Positions 42,521 to 53,882 are shown, numbered from the stretch's first letter. The stretch is DNA of 64,000 bases from an uncultured Acidobacteriota bacterium (GCA_963725095.1 CAVRXJ010000007.1:36331-100330); one strand, 5' to 3'. Made by a program: numbers and translations. The notes: generated by a model not told the origin, from the letters alone.

Positions 42521-45472
42521 GTGGCGAGCCGACGCCCCCTGCCGACTGTCTTCGAGGCTGCCGCGATCGTCCTGCTCGCCGGCCGGAGCGGCCTTGCCCA
42601 GACGACCGGATCCATCTCGGGTCGCGTCACGGATCCCACCGGCGCCGCGCTACCGGGAGCAAGCGTCGAGGCCACCAGTCCCAGCCTTCAGGGCGCACGC
42701 GCGGCGACCACGAGCGCCGAAGGGAAGTTCTGGCTCCCCGCTCTGCCGCCCGGGAAATACGCCGTCCACGCCCGACTCTTGCAGTTTCGCCCGCGTGACA
42801 CGTCCGCCGTGGTCTCGCTCGACACGACCGCCACCATCGCATTCGTGCTGGAGCCAGCCATCGAGGAGTCGGTCGCCGTATCGGCGGAGACTCCACTAAT
42901 CGACGTCAGGTCAACCACGGGCGGCACGAGCTACACGAGCTCGGTGATCTCGAGGCTTCCGGTAGGACGAGACTACGCCGACATCGTCCGGTCCAACCCG
43001 GGGGTCGACAGGGACCAGGCCGACAATCAAGGCCGCTCCCTCTCTCTCACCATCTACGGCGCGACCTCCGCCGAGAACCAGTGGATCATCGACGGCGTCA
43101 ACACAACGAATGTCTTCAAGGGCGTTCAGGGGAAGGCGATCAACAACGAGTTCGTCCAGGAGGTCGAGGTCAAGACGGACGGCTATCAGGCAGAGTACGG
43201 CGGAGCGCTCGGAGGCATCATCAACGTCGTCACCAAATCGGGCGGCAACTATTTCCACGGCGATGGCTTCCTCTACTACGACTCGAGCGGCACATCGGCG
43301 GAGCAGGCCGTGGCCGACGCGGCCTCCACGACGATGCGCGTTGCCGACTACAGCCGAGCCGACTACGGCCTCGACCTCGGCGGCTTCCTCATCAAAGACC
43401 ACCTCTGGTTCTATGCGGCCTACGACCGTGTCCGCTACTCCGGCAGTGTTTCCCGCGTCGTCGACACTCCTCCATCCGATCCAACGCCGGTGTCGGCCCA
43501 GGACCGTTTTCCGCTCGACAGCACCGGGAATCTCTACTCGGGCAAGCTCACGTGGAACGTCGCGGCGTCGACCAATCTCATCGCAACGGTCTTCGCCGAC
43601 CCGTCCACGATGTCGGGCGCCGCCGGCGCGGACCCGCTGACCGGTCCCGCCGGACTTCAAGCCGTCCCGATCTACAACCCGGATCCGTCGACCTGGTCGT
43701 CGGCCCGGAGCTTCGGCGGAACCGACTACGGCCTTCGAGCGTCCCAGCTGCTCGGCGCGAGAGGGCTCCTCATCCTCCAGGGTTCCCGGCACGTCGACCG
43801 GAATGAGCTCTCGGCCGCAGACACGATTCGCTATGAGGACTTCACCTGCACCGGTGGCACTCCCGAGAAGCAGTGCGACGACCTTCCCACGGAACCCAAC
43901 ACCGTTTCCGGTGGATTCGGCTGGATGGACGGCGAGCTTGGAAACAACAATTCCCTCAGCACCCAGTTCCGGGCGGACGGAACCTTCGACGCGGGAAGCC
44001 ACGAGCTCAGGGCCGGAGGCAGCTATCAGAGCGGCAGGAGCGACATGACGTACGCCTGCTCGGGAGAGCAGTGCGTACAGGTGCGCAACGAGTTGGGACA
44101 GCTCTACTACGTCCACACTTTTTCCGCCCGCAGTGGAAACGAAATCGACCTCTCGGCTCCTCTCCCAACGGGTCCCTTCAAGGCGACAATCCACAACGCG
44201 GGCGCCTACCTCCAGGATTCGTGGAGACCCTCTCCTGGTCTGACCGTGAACCTGGGCTTGCGCTGGGACATGGAACAGCTCATCGACTACAAAGGGGACA
44301 CCCGGCTGCGATTGACCCAGGAGTGGCAGCCGCGCCTGGGCGTCGCGTGGGATCCGTGGAGGGATGGCCGTACGAAGCTCTACGCCTCCGCCGGCCGCTT
44401 CTACTACAGGTTGCCGACCGCCGCGATGACCTGGTGGTTCGGCGACGTGACGGGGGTCGACACATACAACTTCGATCCCATCGCGACGACCCCCGACCCG
44501 AACGTTCCCGGCCACGAGGGCGATTGCGACGGGTGTGACTACAGCGTCTGGTTCGGAGGCGGACCCTGGGGCACGCCTTTGGACTCGGGTCTCCAGGAGA
44601 TGTATCAGGACGAGTTGACGCTCGGCGCCGAACGGCTACTGGACCCGACGTTCACCCTGGGGCTGAAGGGGACCTACCGCCGGCTGGGGAACGCCCTCGA
44701 GGACCGCTGCGACTTCCGGGATGTGGGTTGCGCGGTCATCAATCCTGGCTCCGACGGTACGTATGCAAGTGGCGACGCCCCGACATGCAATGGGTTGAAT
44801 GGCGAATGTTCGGATTCGGGTCTCGCCTCGCCGCCTGCACGGCGAACCTACAAGGGAATCGAGATCCTCGCGCGGAAGTCCTTCCAGGACAGCTTCTGGC
44901 TCCAGGCGAGCTACGTTTACTCTTCGCTCACCGGCAACTACGATGGCGGAGTCAACGAAGAGTTCCTCGGGACCGTTCCGGGGCGAAACACCGACTTCGA
45001 CTACCCTGCCCTCTGGCAGAACGCCGACGGGCGCCTCTTTCTCGACCGCCCTCACCGCTTTCGGCTGGACTCCTTCTGGGTCACGCCGCTCCGTCTGGCG
45101 ATAGGGCTCCAGGCGTACGTAGCATCCGGCGCCCCGTTCGACAAGATCGGGTACTTCAACGAAAATTACACTTCAAAGCTCTACCTCGTCCCCCGCGGCT
45201 CGGCCGGGCGTCTGCCGACCCAGTGGGAAGCGAACCTGACGCTTTCCTATCCAATCGCCGCCGGACCAGCCACCGTCACCCTTCAGGCGTATCTCTACAA
45301 CGTGTTCAACAACCAGATCGCGACGACGAAGGATGTCGTGTGGAACAATCAGACGTGGGAAGGCTATCCCGACTCCATCCTCGACCAGCCAGGGACCAAC
45401 GACAACTACGGAAGGGTCACCGCCCGGACAGCCCCCCGCGTCTTTCGGGCGGCCGCCCGAATCTCTTTCTAA
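42521..45472 (+). CDS. TonB-dependent receptor-like outer-membrane protein with N-terminal CarboxypepD_reg domain
   Basis: Intact 983-aa ORF with signal peptide ..AAIVLLAGRSGLAQ. ..GSISGRVTDPTGAALPGASVEATS...GKFWLPALPPGKYAV (carboxypeptidase-regulatory fold), plug-like ..NQWIIDGVNTTN.. and a terminal ..RAAARISF (aromatic last residue). Confidence 0.85.
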   Translation: MASRRPLPTVFEAAAIVLLAGRSGLAQTTGSISGRVTDPTGAALPGASVEATSPSLQGARAATTSAEGKFWLPALPPGKYAVHARLLQFRPRDTSAVVSLDTTATIAFVLEPAIEESVAVSAETPLIDVRSTTGGTSYTSSVISRLPVGRDYADIVRSNPGVDRDQADNQGRSLSLTIYGATSAENQWIIDGVNTTNVFKGVQGKAINNEFVQEVEVKTDGYQAEYGGALGGIINVVTKSGGNYFHGDGFLYYDSSGTSAEQAVADAASTTMRVADYSRADYGLDLGGFLIKDHLWFYAAYDRVRYSGSVSRVVDTPPSDPTPVSAQDRFPLDSTGNLYSGKLTWNVAASTNLIATVFADPSTMSGAAGADPLTGPAGLQAVPIYNPDPSTWSSARSFGGTDYGLRASQLLGARGLLILQGSRHVDRNELSAADTIRYEDFTCTGGTPEKQCDDLPTEPNTVSGGFGWMDGELGNNNSLSTQFRADGTFDAGSHELRAGGSYQSGRSDMTYACSGEQCVQVRNELGQLYYVHTFSARSGNEIDLSAPLPTGPFKATIHNAGAYLQDSWRPSPGLTVNLGLRWDMEQLIDYKGDTRLRLTQEWQPRLGVAWDPWRDGRTKLYASAGRFYYRLPTAAMTWWFGDVTGVDTYNFDPIATTPDPNVPGHEGDCDGCDYSVWFGGGPWGTPLDSGLQEMYQDELTLGAERLLDPTFTLGLKGTYRRLGNALEDRCDFRDVGCAVINPGSDGTYASGDAPTCNGLNGECSDSGLASPPARRTYKGIEILARKSFQDSFWLQASYVYSSLTGNYDGGVNEEFLGTVPGRNTDFDYPALWQNADGRLFLDRPHRFRLDSFWVTPLRLAIGLQAYVASGAPFDKIGYFNENYTSKLYLVPRGSAGRLPTQWEANLTLSYPIAAGPATVTLQAYLYNVFNNQIATTKDVVWNNQTWEGYPDSILDQPGTNDNYGRVTARTAPRVFRAAARISF

Positions 45473-45525
45473 TCGGCCGCCAGGCGTCGCCGCAAGGCCG
45501 TGGGGCCGGAAAGACGAGCCACCCG

Positions 45526-45707
45526 ATCACCAGGGTCTGCCGACTCGACCTGTGGACCCGATGCAGGGAGCTTCTGGAAAGAGGTTCCGGCAAGGGACCC
45601 CGAACCGGCGGAGCGGTCTCCACGATCCCCTTTTCTGCCGACGGCAAGACCTGCGTATGGACCACCTGCGGTACTCGACCGAGATCGTCGTCGACGGGTT
45701 CAAGTGA
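45526..45707 (+). pseudogene. Orphan 3' remnant (~60 codons) of a further kinase-TolB-propeller paralogue
   Basis: Aligns to the last ~190 nt of kinases 3 and 4. CCGACGGCAAGACCTGCGT-TGGACC is almost identical to 51801-51826. It reads ..[45 protein letters not shown] only when at least 2 frames are combined. No kinase or propeller body lies upstream. Confidence 0.6.
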
Positions 45708-45713
45708 GCGGGC

Positions 45714-46342
45714 TCACTCGCGGGTGACAACGCGAGTCCCGCCGATCGAATAGCCGAGGACGATCTGCATTTCGACGGTCGCGGTCGGACCGCCGCCGCC
45801 CATGAGGAAAGCAAGGAAGTCGCCCACCGCGAGAGTCAAGCGGGGCTCGACATGCGAATTGCGGTGGGTTGCCGAGGCTGTGCCGTCCCGCGGTACCCAG
45901 GTGTCCAGAATCACAGAATAAAAGACGTCGTGATACAGCACGGGGTTGAAGCCGTAGAAGTTCTGTGGCTTGTGGGGCTGGACCTCCCCGAAGTCCTGGC
46001 TCACGTTCGTGCTGAAGGCGAAGTCCGAGAAGTCGGGCGGGGCTCCGCGCGTGACCCCTCCCAGGCACAAGACCTGGGCGAACCGCGCGGAACCCGGCTC
46101 CGCGGTAATCGTGTACGCCAGGTCCACGTCGGCGAACTCCAGCGTCATGTCTTGCTGGACCTGGAAGTAGACCGCCGCGTCGTTGTCGTGGAGATTGACC
46201 TCCCAGCCAAACCAGCCGGTGCGGCGCCCCGAAGCGCCGGCCGCGGCAGCGCCCGGATCGAATGCCGGTGACAGACCCCGCCGTCACCGCGCCCATTGCG
46301 AGGGGCGCCGCCTTGGAGGAATTGCCGGCGGTCTCTTCTCAT
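45714..46342 (-). CDS. Hypothetical exported protein with Tat-like signal (~205 aa), 2 frame breaks
   Basis: MRRDRRQFLQGGAPLAMGAVTAG.. (RRxFL twin-arginine pattern), then ..FDPGAAAAGASGRRTGWFGWEVNLHDNDAAVYFQVQQDMTLEFADVDL.. to ..IVLGYSIGGTRVVTRE. Breaks near 46290 and 46255. Confidence 0.45.
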
Positions 46343-46472
46343 CCCGACCTCCTGAGACTGTCACGGTCCTTGACGCCACAGCGTTGACTAGCCCCACCGG
46401 CGGCGTAGGCGGGGCTCCCCGGGGCTTGTTGCTACGAGCCATTTGCGCTCCTCCTCCGAAAGTACGACCCGA

Positions 46473-46540
46473 GCGTTACAGTTCGAAGGGGGCCGAGTCT
46501 CCAGAGTCCGTTCCGGATTCGTTCCGGATGCGTTCTGGGA
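46473..46540 (+). promoter_or_regulatory. Copy A of a conserved 68-nt promoter/leader element (TACAGT box + two TCCGGA palindromes 11 bp apart)
   Basis: GCGTTACAGTTCG...TCTCCAGAGTCCGTTCCGGATTCGTTCCGGATGCGTTCTGGGA. By hand, 53 of 68 nt are identical to copy B, and 38 of 43 in the 3' core. It lies upstream of kinase 3. A second -10-like TAGAAT (46574-46579) follows. Confidence 0.5.
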
Positions 46541-46594
46541 CGACCGGGAACGGCACGATGCCTCCCTCCGGACTAGAATTCGGCAAGCGACGCC

Positions 46595-49207
46595 GTGACC
46601 GTCTCCACCGGTACCCGCCTCGGTCCCTACGAGATCCTGTCGCCGCTCGGCGCCGGGGGGATGGGCGAGGTGTATCGGGCGCGGGACACGCGGCTTGCCG
46701 CGCGAGGTCGCCGTCAAGGTTCTCCCCGAGGAGCTCGCCTCCGATCCCGAGCGCCTGCGCCGCTTCGAGCGCGAGGCCCGAGCCGCCTCCGCCCTCTCCC
46801 ACCCCAACATCGTCACCATCTACGAGGTCGCGCAGGCGGATCAGACCTCCTTCATCGCCATGGAGCTCGTCGAAGGAAAGACCCTTCGGGAGCTTGCCGC
46901 CGGAGCCGCTCTCCCCTTCCGCAAGATCCTCTCGATCGCCCCCCAGATCGCCGAGGGATTGGCCAAGGCCCACGCGGCCGGCATCGTCCACCGGGACTTG
47001 AAGCCCGAGAACGTCATGGTCACCGGCCGACGGGATCGTCAAGATCCTCGACTTCGGCCTGGCCAAGCTGACTCATCCCCAGACCGACAGCGGACAGACC
47101 GTTCCCGGCTCGACGGTCTCGGCGGCGACGAGGCCGGGCATCGCGCATGGGGACGGTCTCCTACATGTCGCCCGAGCAGGCCTCGGGGCATCCGGTGGAC
47201 TACCGCTCCGACCAGTTCTCCTTGGGCTCGATGCTCTACGAGATGGCGGCGGGCAAGCCGGCCTTCCGGCAGCCGACGACGGCGCAGACGCTGGCTTCGA
47301 TCATCGAGGACGAGCCGGAGCCGATCGGGAGGGCTGCCCCGAAGACTCCGGCTCCTCTGCGATGGGTGATCGAGAGGTGTCTGGCCAAGGAGCCCAAGGG
47401 CCGCTACGCCTCGACGGAAGATCTCGCCCGCGAGCTTGCCGACCTGAGAGACCACGTCTCGGACCTCTCGAGCGGCTCGGGGGTCGAGATCGAGCCGGCT
47501 CGCCCCCGGCCGAAGTGGCGCGCCGTCGTTCTGCCCGCCGCGATTCTCGCCGGCCTTGCCGCGATGTATTTCCTCGGCCGTCGCGTCCAGCTCGCGCAGA
47601 CTTCCTCGCCGACCTTTCGCCAGCTCACCTTCGCGGGTGCCGGCATTACGTCGGCCCGGTTCACGCCGGACGGGCAGACGGTCGTGTACAGCGTCCAGAC
47701 GGAGGGGAAGCCTCCGGAGCTCTTCTCGGTCCGGCTCGACAGCCCTGAAACGCGTTCCTTGGGCCTGCCGCCGGCGCACATCCTTTCGATCTCCTCCTCC
47801 GGCCAGATGGCGATTCTGCTCCCGCCGCCGCACGCCCTCTCCTGGTGGCTTCCTCACAGGTTTCCCATTCGGGACAACTACGGGACGCTTGCCGAGGTCG
47901 CCCTCGGCGGAGGCTCGCCTCGCGAGCTCATCGAGAACGTCCTCTATGCCGACTGGTCGCCGAACGGAAAGGATCTCGCGATCGTCCATCGCGTTGACGG
48001 CCTGGCCCGGGTCGAGTACCCGATCGGTACGACGATCTACAAAGGAGGAATTTGGGTCAACCACCCCAGGGTCTCCCCACGCGGAGATCTGGTCGCCTAC
48101 AAGGACATCGGCTGGGTCTTCTTCAAGGGGTTCCAGGACTGTTGCTCCTACGAGATCGCATGGCACCCGCGTTCCCGGGAGCTCTGGGGAAGCTGGCTGG
48201 ACGCCGGAGCGACCCGGATCAACGCTCTCGTCAGGCCGGGGCATTACCGCACCGTCACGACGCTCGCCGGCGATTTCGTTCTCTACGACATCTCCGCAGA
48301 CGGCCGCGTCCTTCTCGGCCGCGTTCACGAGAACTCCGAGATCCTCGGAAGCTTCCCGGGCGAGGCCAGGGAGCGAAACCTCTCGCATCTGGACCGTTCC
48401 TACGCGGTGGACCTCTCCTCGGACGGGGGAACACTCCTCCTCAACGAACAGATGCCGCTCGCCGAGAGCTCGTACCTGCGCAAGACCGATGGCTCGCCAG
48501 CGAAACGCCTGACCGACGGTGCAATCGGCGTCGCGCTCTCGAAGGACGGCGCCTGGATCCTCTCGCCGTACGACTACGGGAGCGGCGACAACCCGCCGCT
48601 CCTCGTGCCCACGGGCCCAGGGCAATCGCGGAAGTTGGATTCGAAAGGATCTGTTCGCGCGCGGCCCCCTCGATCTCTTTCCCGACGGAAAGCGCGTTCT
48701 CCTCGCGGGCATCGAGGGCAAAGCGCCGCCCGATCCCGGTTCCGACCGACGGCACCCGGATCTGGGTGCAGAGCATCGAGGGAGGCCAGCCGCGAGCGAT
48801 TACGCCGGCGAACGTCTCGGGGCAGGTGATCCTCGGAGACGGGCGCTTCGTCTGCGCGCGTGCGCCGGACTGGAACTGGTATCTCTATCCGACGGATGGA
48901 AACGGCGAGCCGCGCAAGGGCCGCCGGAATCCTGCCGGGCGAGGAGCCGATTCGCCCGACCGCCGACGGAAGGCTCTACGTGCGCGGCGCGGATGAGCTC
49001 AGACCCGGCGAGACGCTCATGACCACACGGGTCTATCGCCTCGACCCCTTTACCGGGCAGCGCGAGCTGTGGAAGGAGATCCCGCCCGTCAATCCGCGCG
49101 CGGGCGGCGGAATATCGTCGATCCTTTTCTCGGCGGACGGGAAGATCTGCGTCTACACGCATCATCAGTATTCCGTGGAGCTGATCCTGGCCGAGGGGCT
49201 GAAATAG
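46595..49207 (+). CDS. Ser/Thr protein kinase 3: Hanks kinase, one TM, TolB-like (WD40-like beta-propeller) periplasmic domain; about 6 frame breaks
   Basis: ..[23 protein letters not shown].., [29 protein letters not shown] segment ..[18 protein letters not shown]. Propeller-type repeats (..[13 protein letters not shown].., ..[12 protein letters not shown].., ..[10 protein letters not shown].., ..[12 protein letters not shown]..). Breaks near 46697, 47027, 47145, 48655, 48735 and 48918. Confidence 0.8.
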
Positions 49208-49212
49208 ACGCC

Positions 49213-51874
49213 ATGGCCCTTTCCTCCGGCTCCCGCCTCGGCTCCTACGAGATCCTGTCGCCGCTCGGCGCCGGGGGGATGGGCGAGGTGTATCGGGCGC
49301 GGGACACGCGGCTCGCGCGCGAGGTCGCCGTCAAGGTTCTCCCCGAGGAGCTCGCCTCCGACCCCGAGCGCCTCCGCCGCTTCGAGCGGGAGGCCAGAGC
49401 CGCCTCCGCCCTCTCCCACCCCAACATCGTCACCATCTACGAGGTCGCGCAGGCGGATCAGACCTCCTTCATCGCCATGGAGCTCGTCGAAGGCAAGACC
49501 CTGCGCGAGCTCGCCGCCGGAGCCGCGCTCCCCTTCCGCAAGATCCTCTCGATCGCCCCCCAGATCGCCGAGGGGCTGGCCAAGGCCCACTCGGCAGGCA
49601 TCGTCCACCGGGACCTGAAGCCCGAGAACGTCATGGTCACCGGCGACGGGATCGTCAAGATCCTCGACTTCGGCCTGGCCAAGCTGACCCATCCCCAGAC
49701 CGACAGCGGGCAGACGGTTCCCGGCTCGACGGTCTCGGCGGCGACGCGGCCGGGCATCGCCCTGGGAACGGTCTCCTACATGTCGCCCGAGCAGGCCTCG
49801 GGACATCCGGTGGACTACCGCTCCGATCAGTTCTCCTTGGGCTCGATGCTCTACGAGATGGCGGCGGGAAAGCCGGCGTTCAAGCGGCCGACGACGGCGC
49901 AGACGCTGGCTTCGATCATCGAGGACGAGCCGGAGCCGATCGGGAGTGCCGCTCCGAAGACTCCGGCTCCCCTGCGCTGGGTGATCGAGCGGTGCCTCTC
50001 CAAGGAACCCAAGGGCCGCTACGCCTCGACGGAGGACCTGGCCCGCGAGCTCTGCCGACCTGCGCGATCACGTCTCGGAGCTGTCGAGCGGCTCGGGCAT
50101 TGCCGTCGAGGAACCACGGCGGCGAACGCGCTGGCCCCTTGTCGCCGGACTCGTCGCGGTCGGCGTGGCGCTCACCGGAATGCTCTTTCTCGGGCGAAGA
50201 ATCGAGCGGGCCAACGCCTCGACACCCCGCTTCCGCCAGCTCACGTTTCGAGGCGTCGGGATCGGGACGGCGCGCTTCGCGCCGGACAGCCAGACGATCG
50301 TCTTCTCGGCGCAGGCGGAGGGCCAGCCACCGGAGCTCCTCTCCCTGCGACTCGACGGCTCGGAGACACGTTCGCTCGGGCTGCCCCCGGCGCAAATTCT
50401 TTCGATGTCCTCTGCGGGCGAGATGGCTCTCCTGCTCCTGCGACCCTTCGCCCTCGCCCCGCGAATCGGCCACATCGCCCTCGAACAGATCCCCCATCGC
50501 GACCCCTTCCTCCTTGCAGGCACGCTCGCCCGGGCTTCGCTGGCAGGCGGCGCACCACGCGAGATTCTCGAGGACGTGATGTTCGCAGACTGGGCCCCGA
50601 ACGACAGCGACATCGCCGTGATCCACCGCGCCGACAACGGGAACCGCATCGAGTTTCCCATCGGGAACACGATCTACCGCGAGGAGCTCAATCTGCTCAA
50701 CTACCCCCGGGTCTCGCCCCGTGGGCTCCAGATCGCGTTCAAGGACTGGGGTGAGCTCCTGGTCAGGGAAGACGGGAGGACGGCCCGGCAGATACCGGGG
50801 CCGGCGGCTGCCATCGAGATCGCCTGGTCCCCCGCCACAAAGGAGATCTGGTACACCGTGGGGTACGGGAGCGGACTGTTGGGTGCGACAGAGCTCCGCG
50901 CGATCACGGCGGGCGGGCGCGATCGGCTTGGTCACCACGCTGCCGGGAGACTTCATCCTGTTCGACATTGCGGCCGATGGCCGTGTCCTCCTGGGCCGCC
51001 TCGTCGAGAGCACCGAGCTTCTCGGCAGTTTCCCCGAGGAGCCGCGCCAGCGAAACCTGTCGCATTTCGAAGGGAACATCGCGATCGATCTCTCACGCAG
51101 CGGTGACACGCTTCTTCTCACCGATGTCGCGCTCGGGAGCGGAGGCGCGTATCTCCGGAAGACCGACGGCTCTCCACCAAAGCGGTTGGGGGATATCGAC
51201 GCGATCGCGTTGTCTCCGGACAAGAGCCTGGTGCTCGTGCAGGATGGAAACGAGGCGCCCGGTTCCATTGCCCGATGCTGCAGTCTCGTTCCGACAGGTC
51301 CGGGCCAACCGACCCGACTGGACCATCGAGGGATCGACCTCGAGTTCATCGAGGAGCATCGTTCGGCCTTCTTCCCTGACGGCAGGAGGATTCTCTGGGA
51401 GGGCCGCGAAAAGGGCCGCAGACCGAGGGTGTGGGTTCAGGAGGTCGAAGGCGGGCCGCCTCGTGCCGTGACGCCGGAGGACGTGAGACGGCCGGTGCTC
51501 GTGGGCGACGGCCGCTTCGTCTGTGCCCGCGCAGCGGACTCCGAGTGGCGCCTCTATCCGGTGGACGAGAAGGGCGAGCCCCGCAAGGTCGCCGGGGTCC
51601 TGCCTGGCGAGGAGCCGATCTCCTCGACGCCCGACGGCCTTCTCTACGTCCGCGGGGCCGACGAGCTGCGAGCCGGCGAGGGTCTCATGACGACGCGCGT
51701 CTTCCGGCTCGATCCCTTGACGGGTCGACGGGAGCTCTGGAAGGAGATCCCCCCCGCGATCCGAAGACCGGCGGCGCGATCTCGACGATCCTCTTCTCGG
51801 CCGACGGCAAGACCTGCGTCTGGACCCACATCCGCTATTCGACGGAGCTCGTTCTGGCGGAGGGGCTGAAGTAG
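49213..51874 (+). CDS. Ser/Thr protein kinase 4: tandem paralogue of kinase 3 (kinase, TM, TolB-like propeller); about 3 frame breaks
   Basis: ATG 49213, 5 nt after the kinase 3 stop. The kinase domain is almost identical to kinase 3 at the DNA level. TM segment ..[20 protein letters not shown]. Propeller repeats run to ..[28 protein letters not shown]. Breaks near 50052, 50908 and 51757. Confidence 0.8.
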
Positions 51875-51999
51875 GCGACACGGCTCGAGGCCGGCGCTGG
51901 TCGTCTCGGGATCTCCTCGGAACCGTCCTCGCCTCGGCGCGGCAGGAATGGTCCGATGGGCAAGACAGGTCAGTCGCCGGTCCGAACGCGGCCAGGCAC

Positions 52000-52470
52000 C
52001 TAGTCGCCGTGCGAGAACAGTCTCCGCGATTCGACTGTGATGATCGTTCCGGGGTCGGTGAAGATCGCCTGGGCCGCGTTCGTGTCGTCCTCCCAGATCA
52101 CGGAGACATGGGAGGTCCGGTTGAAGGCCGCCACGCTGCTGGTGACGACGACCTCGAACGATCCGTGGCAATCGTCGCCCACCGTCCACGTTCCGGAGTA
52201 GGTCTCCGTTGCGATCGTGCCCCCGAAGCTGACCGTCTGCTGGCCGGCGACTGTTCCGTCCTCGTCGAAAGTGATCGTCCCCGCGCCCGCGACGGGGAAC
52301 GCGCTGGTTGCGCCGATCCGTGTTCCGGTCGAGACGTACCCAAACGTTCCGGCCACGCTCCGGTTGGTGCACCGGTTGTGATGGCCGTTGGCCAGCGCGG
52401 CGGGCGCGATGGCCAGGGCGAGGGTGGCGAGGGATGAGATGAGCGTTGCCGTTCGAAATCTGGGGTTCAT
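52000..52470 (-). CDS. Small secreted hypothetical protein (156 aa)
   Basis: Intact ORF with signal peptide MNPRFRTATLISSLATLALAIAPAALA. The mature part is rich in G/T/V (..GTFGYVSTGTRIG..GTITFDEDGTVAGQQTVSFGGTIATETYSGTWTVGDDCHGSFEVV..) and looks like a beta-barrel. I recognise no family. Confidence 0.55.
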   Translation of the reverse strand: MNPRFRTATLISSLATLALAIAPAALANGHHNRCTNRSVAGTFGYVSTGTRIGATSAFPVAGAGTITFDEDGTVAGQQTVSFGGTIATETYSGTWTVGDDCHGSFEVVVTSSVAAFNRTSHVSVIWEDDTNAAQAIFTDPGTIITVESRRLFSHGD

Positions 52471-52513
52471 GAAATCTCCTTTCGTTTGCTTTCGCCGCGC
52501 CGAGGCGAGAAGC

Positions 52514-53882
52514 CTAGGGTCCGTAGAGATTCAGGTGAAACGCATTGACGAGGAACTTGGCCATCGGTCGCGGGCAGATCGCCTGCTCGCCGCAGAAGGT
52601 GTCGGGGCCGCAACCGGCGATCACGGCCCTCGCCCACAGGTAGTGGACGTGCTTGCAGAAGGGATCCGTCGCGGGAACGTCCGCGAGGTGCGTCAAGGCC
52701 CATAAGAGCTTCAGCCGAAGGCATTGACCGCGAACTTGGCCATCTCCCCGCGGGTCACGTCGCCCGCGGCGCAGAACTGATCGGGCGCGCAGCCGGCAAG
52801 CACCCCGATCGACCAGAGAAAGTGGACGTGCTTGCAGAACGGGTCCTCCGTCGGCACGTCGATGAAATGGAGGCTCGGGCTCGCGCCGTCGCAGGAGTAG
52901 GAGCGACCCGTCACCGGGATCCGGACCGTACGTCAACGGCACACCGGCTCCGCCGTTGGGCTGCACCCTGGCCTTGGCGACGAGAGCCGCCATCTGGATG
53001 CGCGAGAGCAGAGTCGCCCGGACAGAACTTCGACGGCGCGCACCCGAGCGTCACGTTCTTCCCGGCGATGTAGTGGACGTGCCTGCAGATCGGGCTCTCG
53101 GGCTCGACGTCCGAGAAGAGCGACGTGCCGCCCGCCCCGCAGCTGTAGGCGACGCCTCCCAGGGACCCGGATGCGGGGATCAGGCTGTCCGCGCCGGCGA
53201 TGGCCCGGGCGAGGACGATCGCCGCCGCGGCGCGGGACATGGTGTCCTCCGGGCAGAAGGCGTTCGGCGCGCAGGCGTCGAGGACTCCCCTGTGGAAGAC
53301 CGTCTCGATCTTGGCGTAAAAGGGACTGCTGCGCGGCACGTCGGCGAAGCTGCCCCCGACATGGACGGTCCAGACCTTCCGTGCGGAGATCGCGCCGGCG
53401 AGGTCCTCGGTGAAGGCCGTGTCCCAGTGGGCGGCCGGCCGTCTCTCCGGGGAGGAGACGAACATCGAGTAGCAGTTGGAGCAGGTCGACGGCTGTGCCG
53501 TCAGCGAGTAGGCGGCCATCTGGTCGCCGACGGCATAGTCGGCCCCGTCCGGCCCCGTCAGCACTCTGGCAACACCGGTTTCCGAGGGAGGACACGGCTT
53601 GTTGGGAAGGTTCACGCTGACCGCCTTGCTCTGCGTCTTCCAGGCCGGCTCCACGACCACGGTTTCGCCCGGTTCCAGAATCGCGTCGGCGTCGGAATCG
53701 CCTGTCAGGGATGGATCGACTCCCAGGGCCGCCGCGATCAGGCTGCACTGGTGGTGGACCGGAAAGCCGTGGCACGGGACGCCGGGCTTGCAGCATCCCG
53801 CCGCAAGCAGGGGGGCCGTCGCGATGGCGGCCAGAAGCAGGAGTCGCCTCGGGTTCGATTGGATCGCGGCAAGAGTCTTCAT
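52514..53882 (-). CDS. Secreted/lipoprotein-like protein with four SLH-like repeats carrying a conserved Cys pair; about 3 frame breaks
   Basis: MKTLAAIQSNPRRLLLLAAIATAPLLAAGC (lipobox-like). Four repeats: FADVPRSSPFYAKIETVFHRGVLDACAPNAFCPED.., FSDVEPESPICRHVHYIAGKNVTLGCAPSKFCPGD.., FIDVPTEDPFCKHVHFLWSIGVLAGCAPDQFCAAGDVTRGEMAKFAVNAF, and ..DVPATDPFCKHVHYLWARAVIAGCGPDTFCGE..MAKFLVNAF. Breaks near 53000, 52915 and 52712. Confidence 0.55.
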
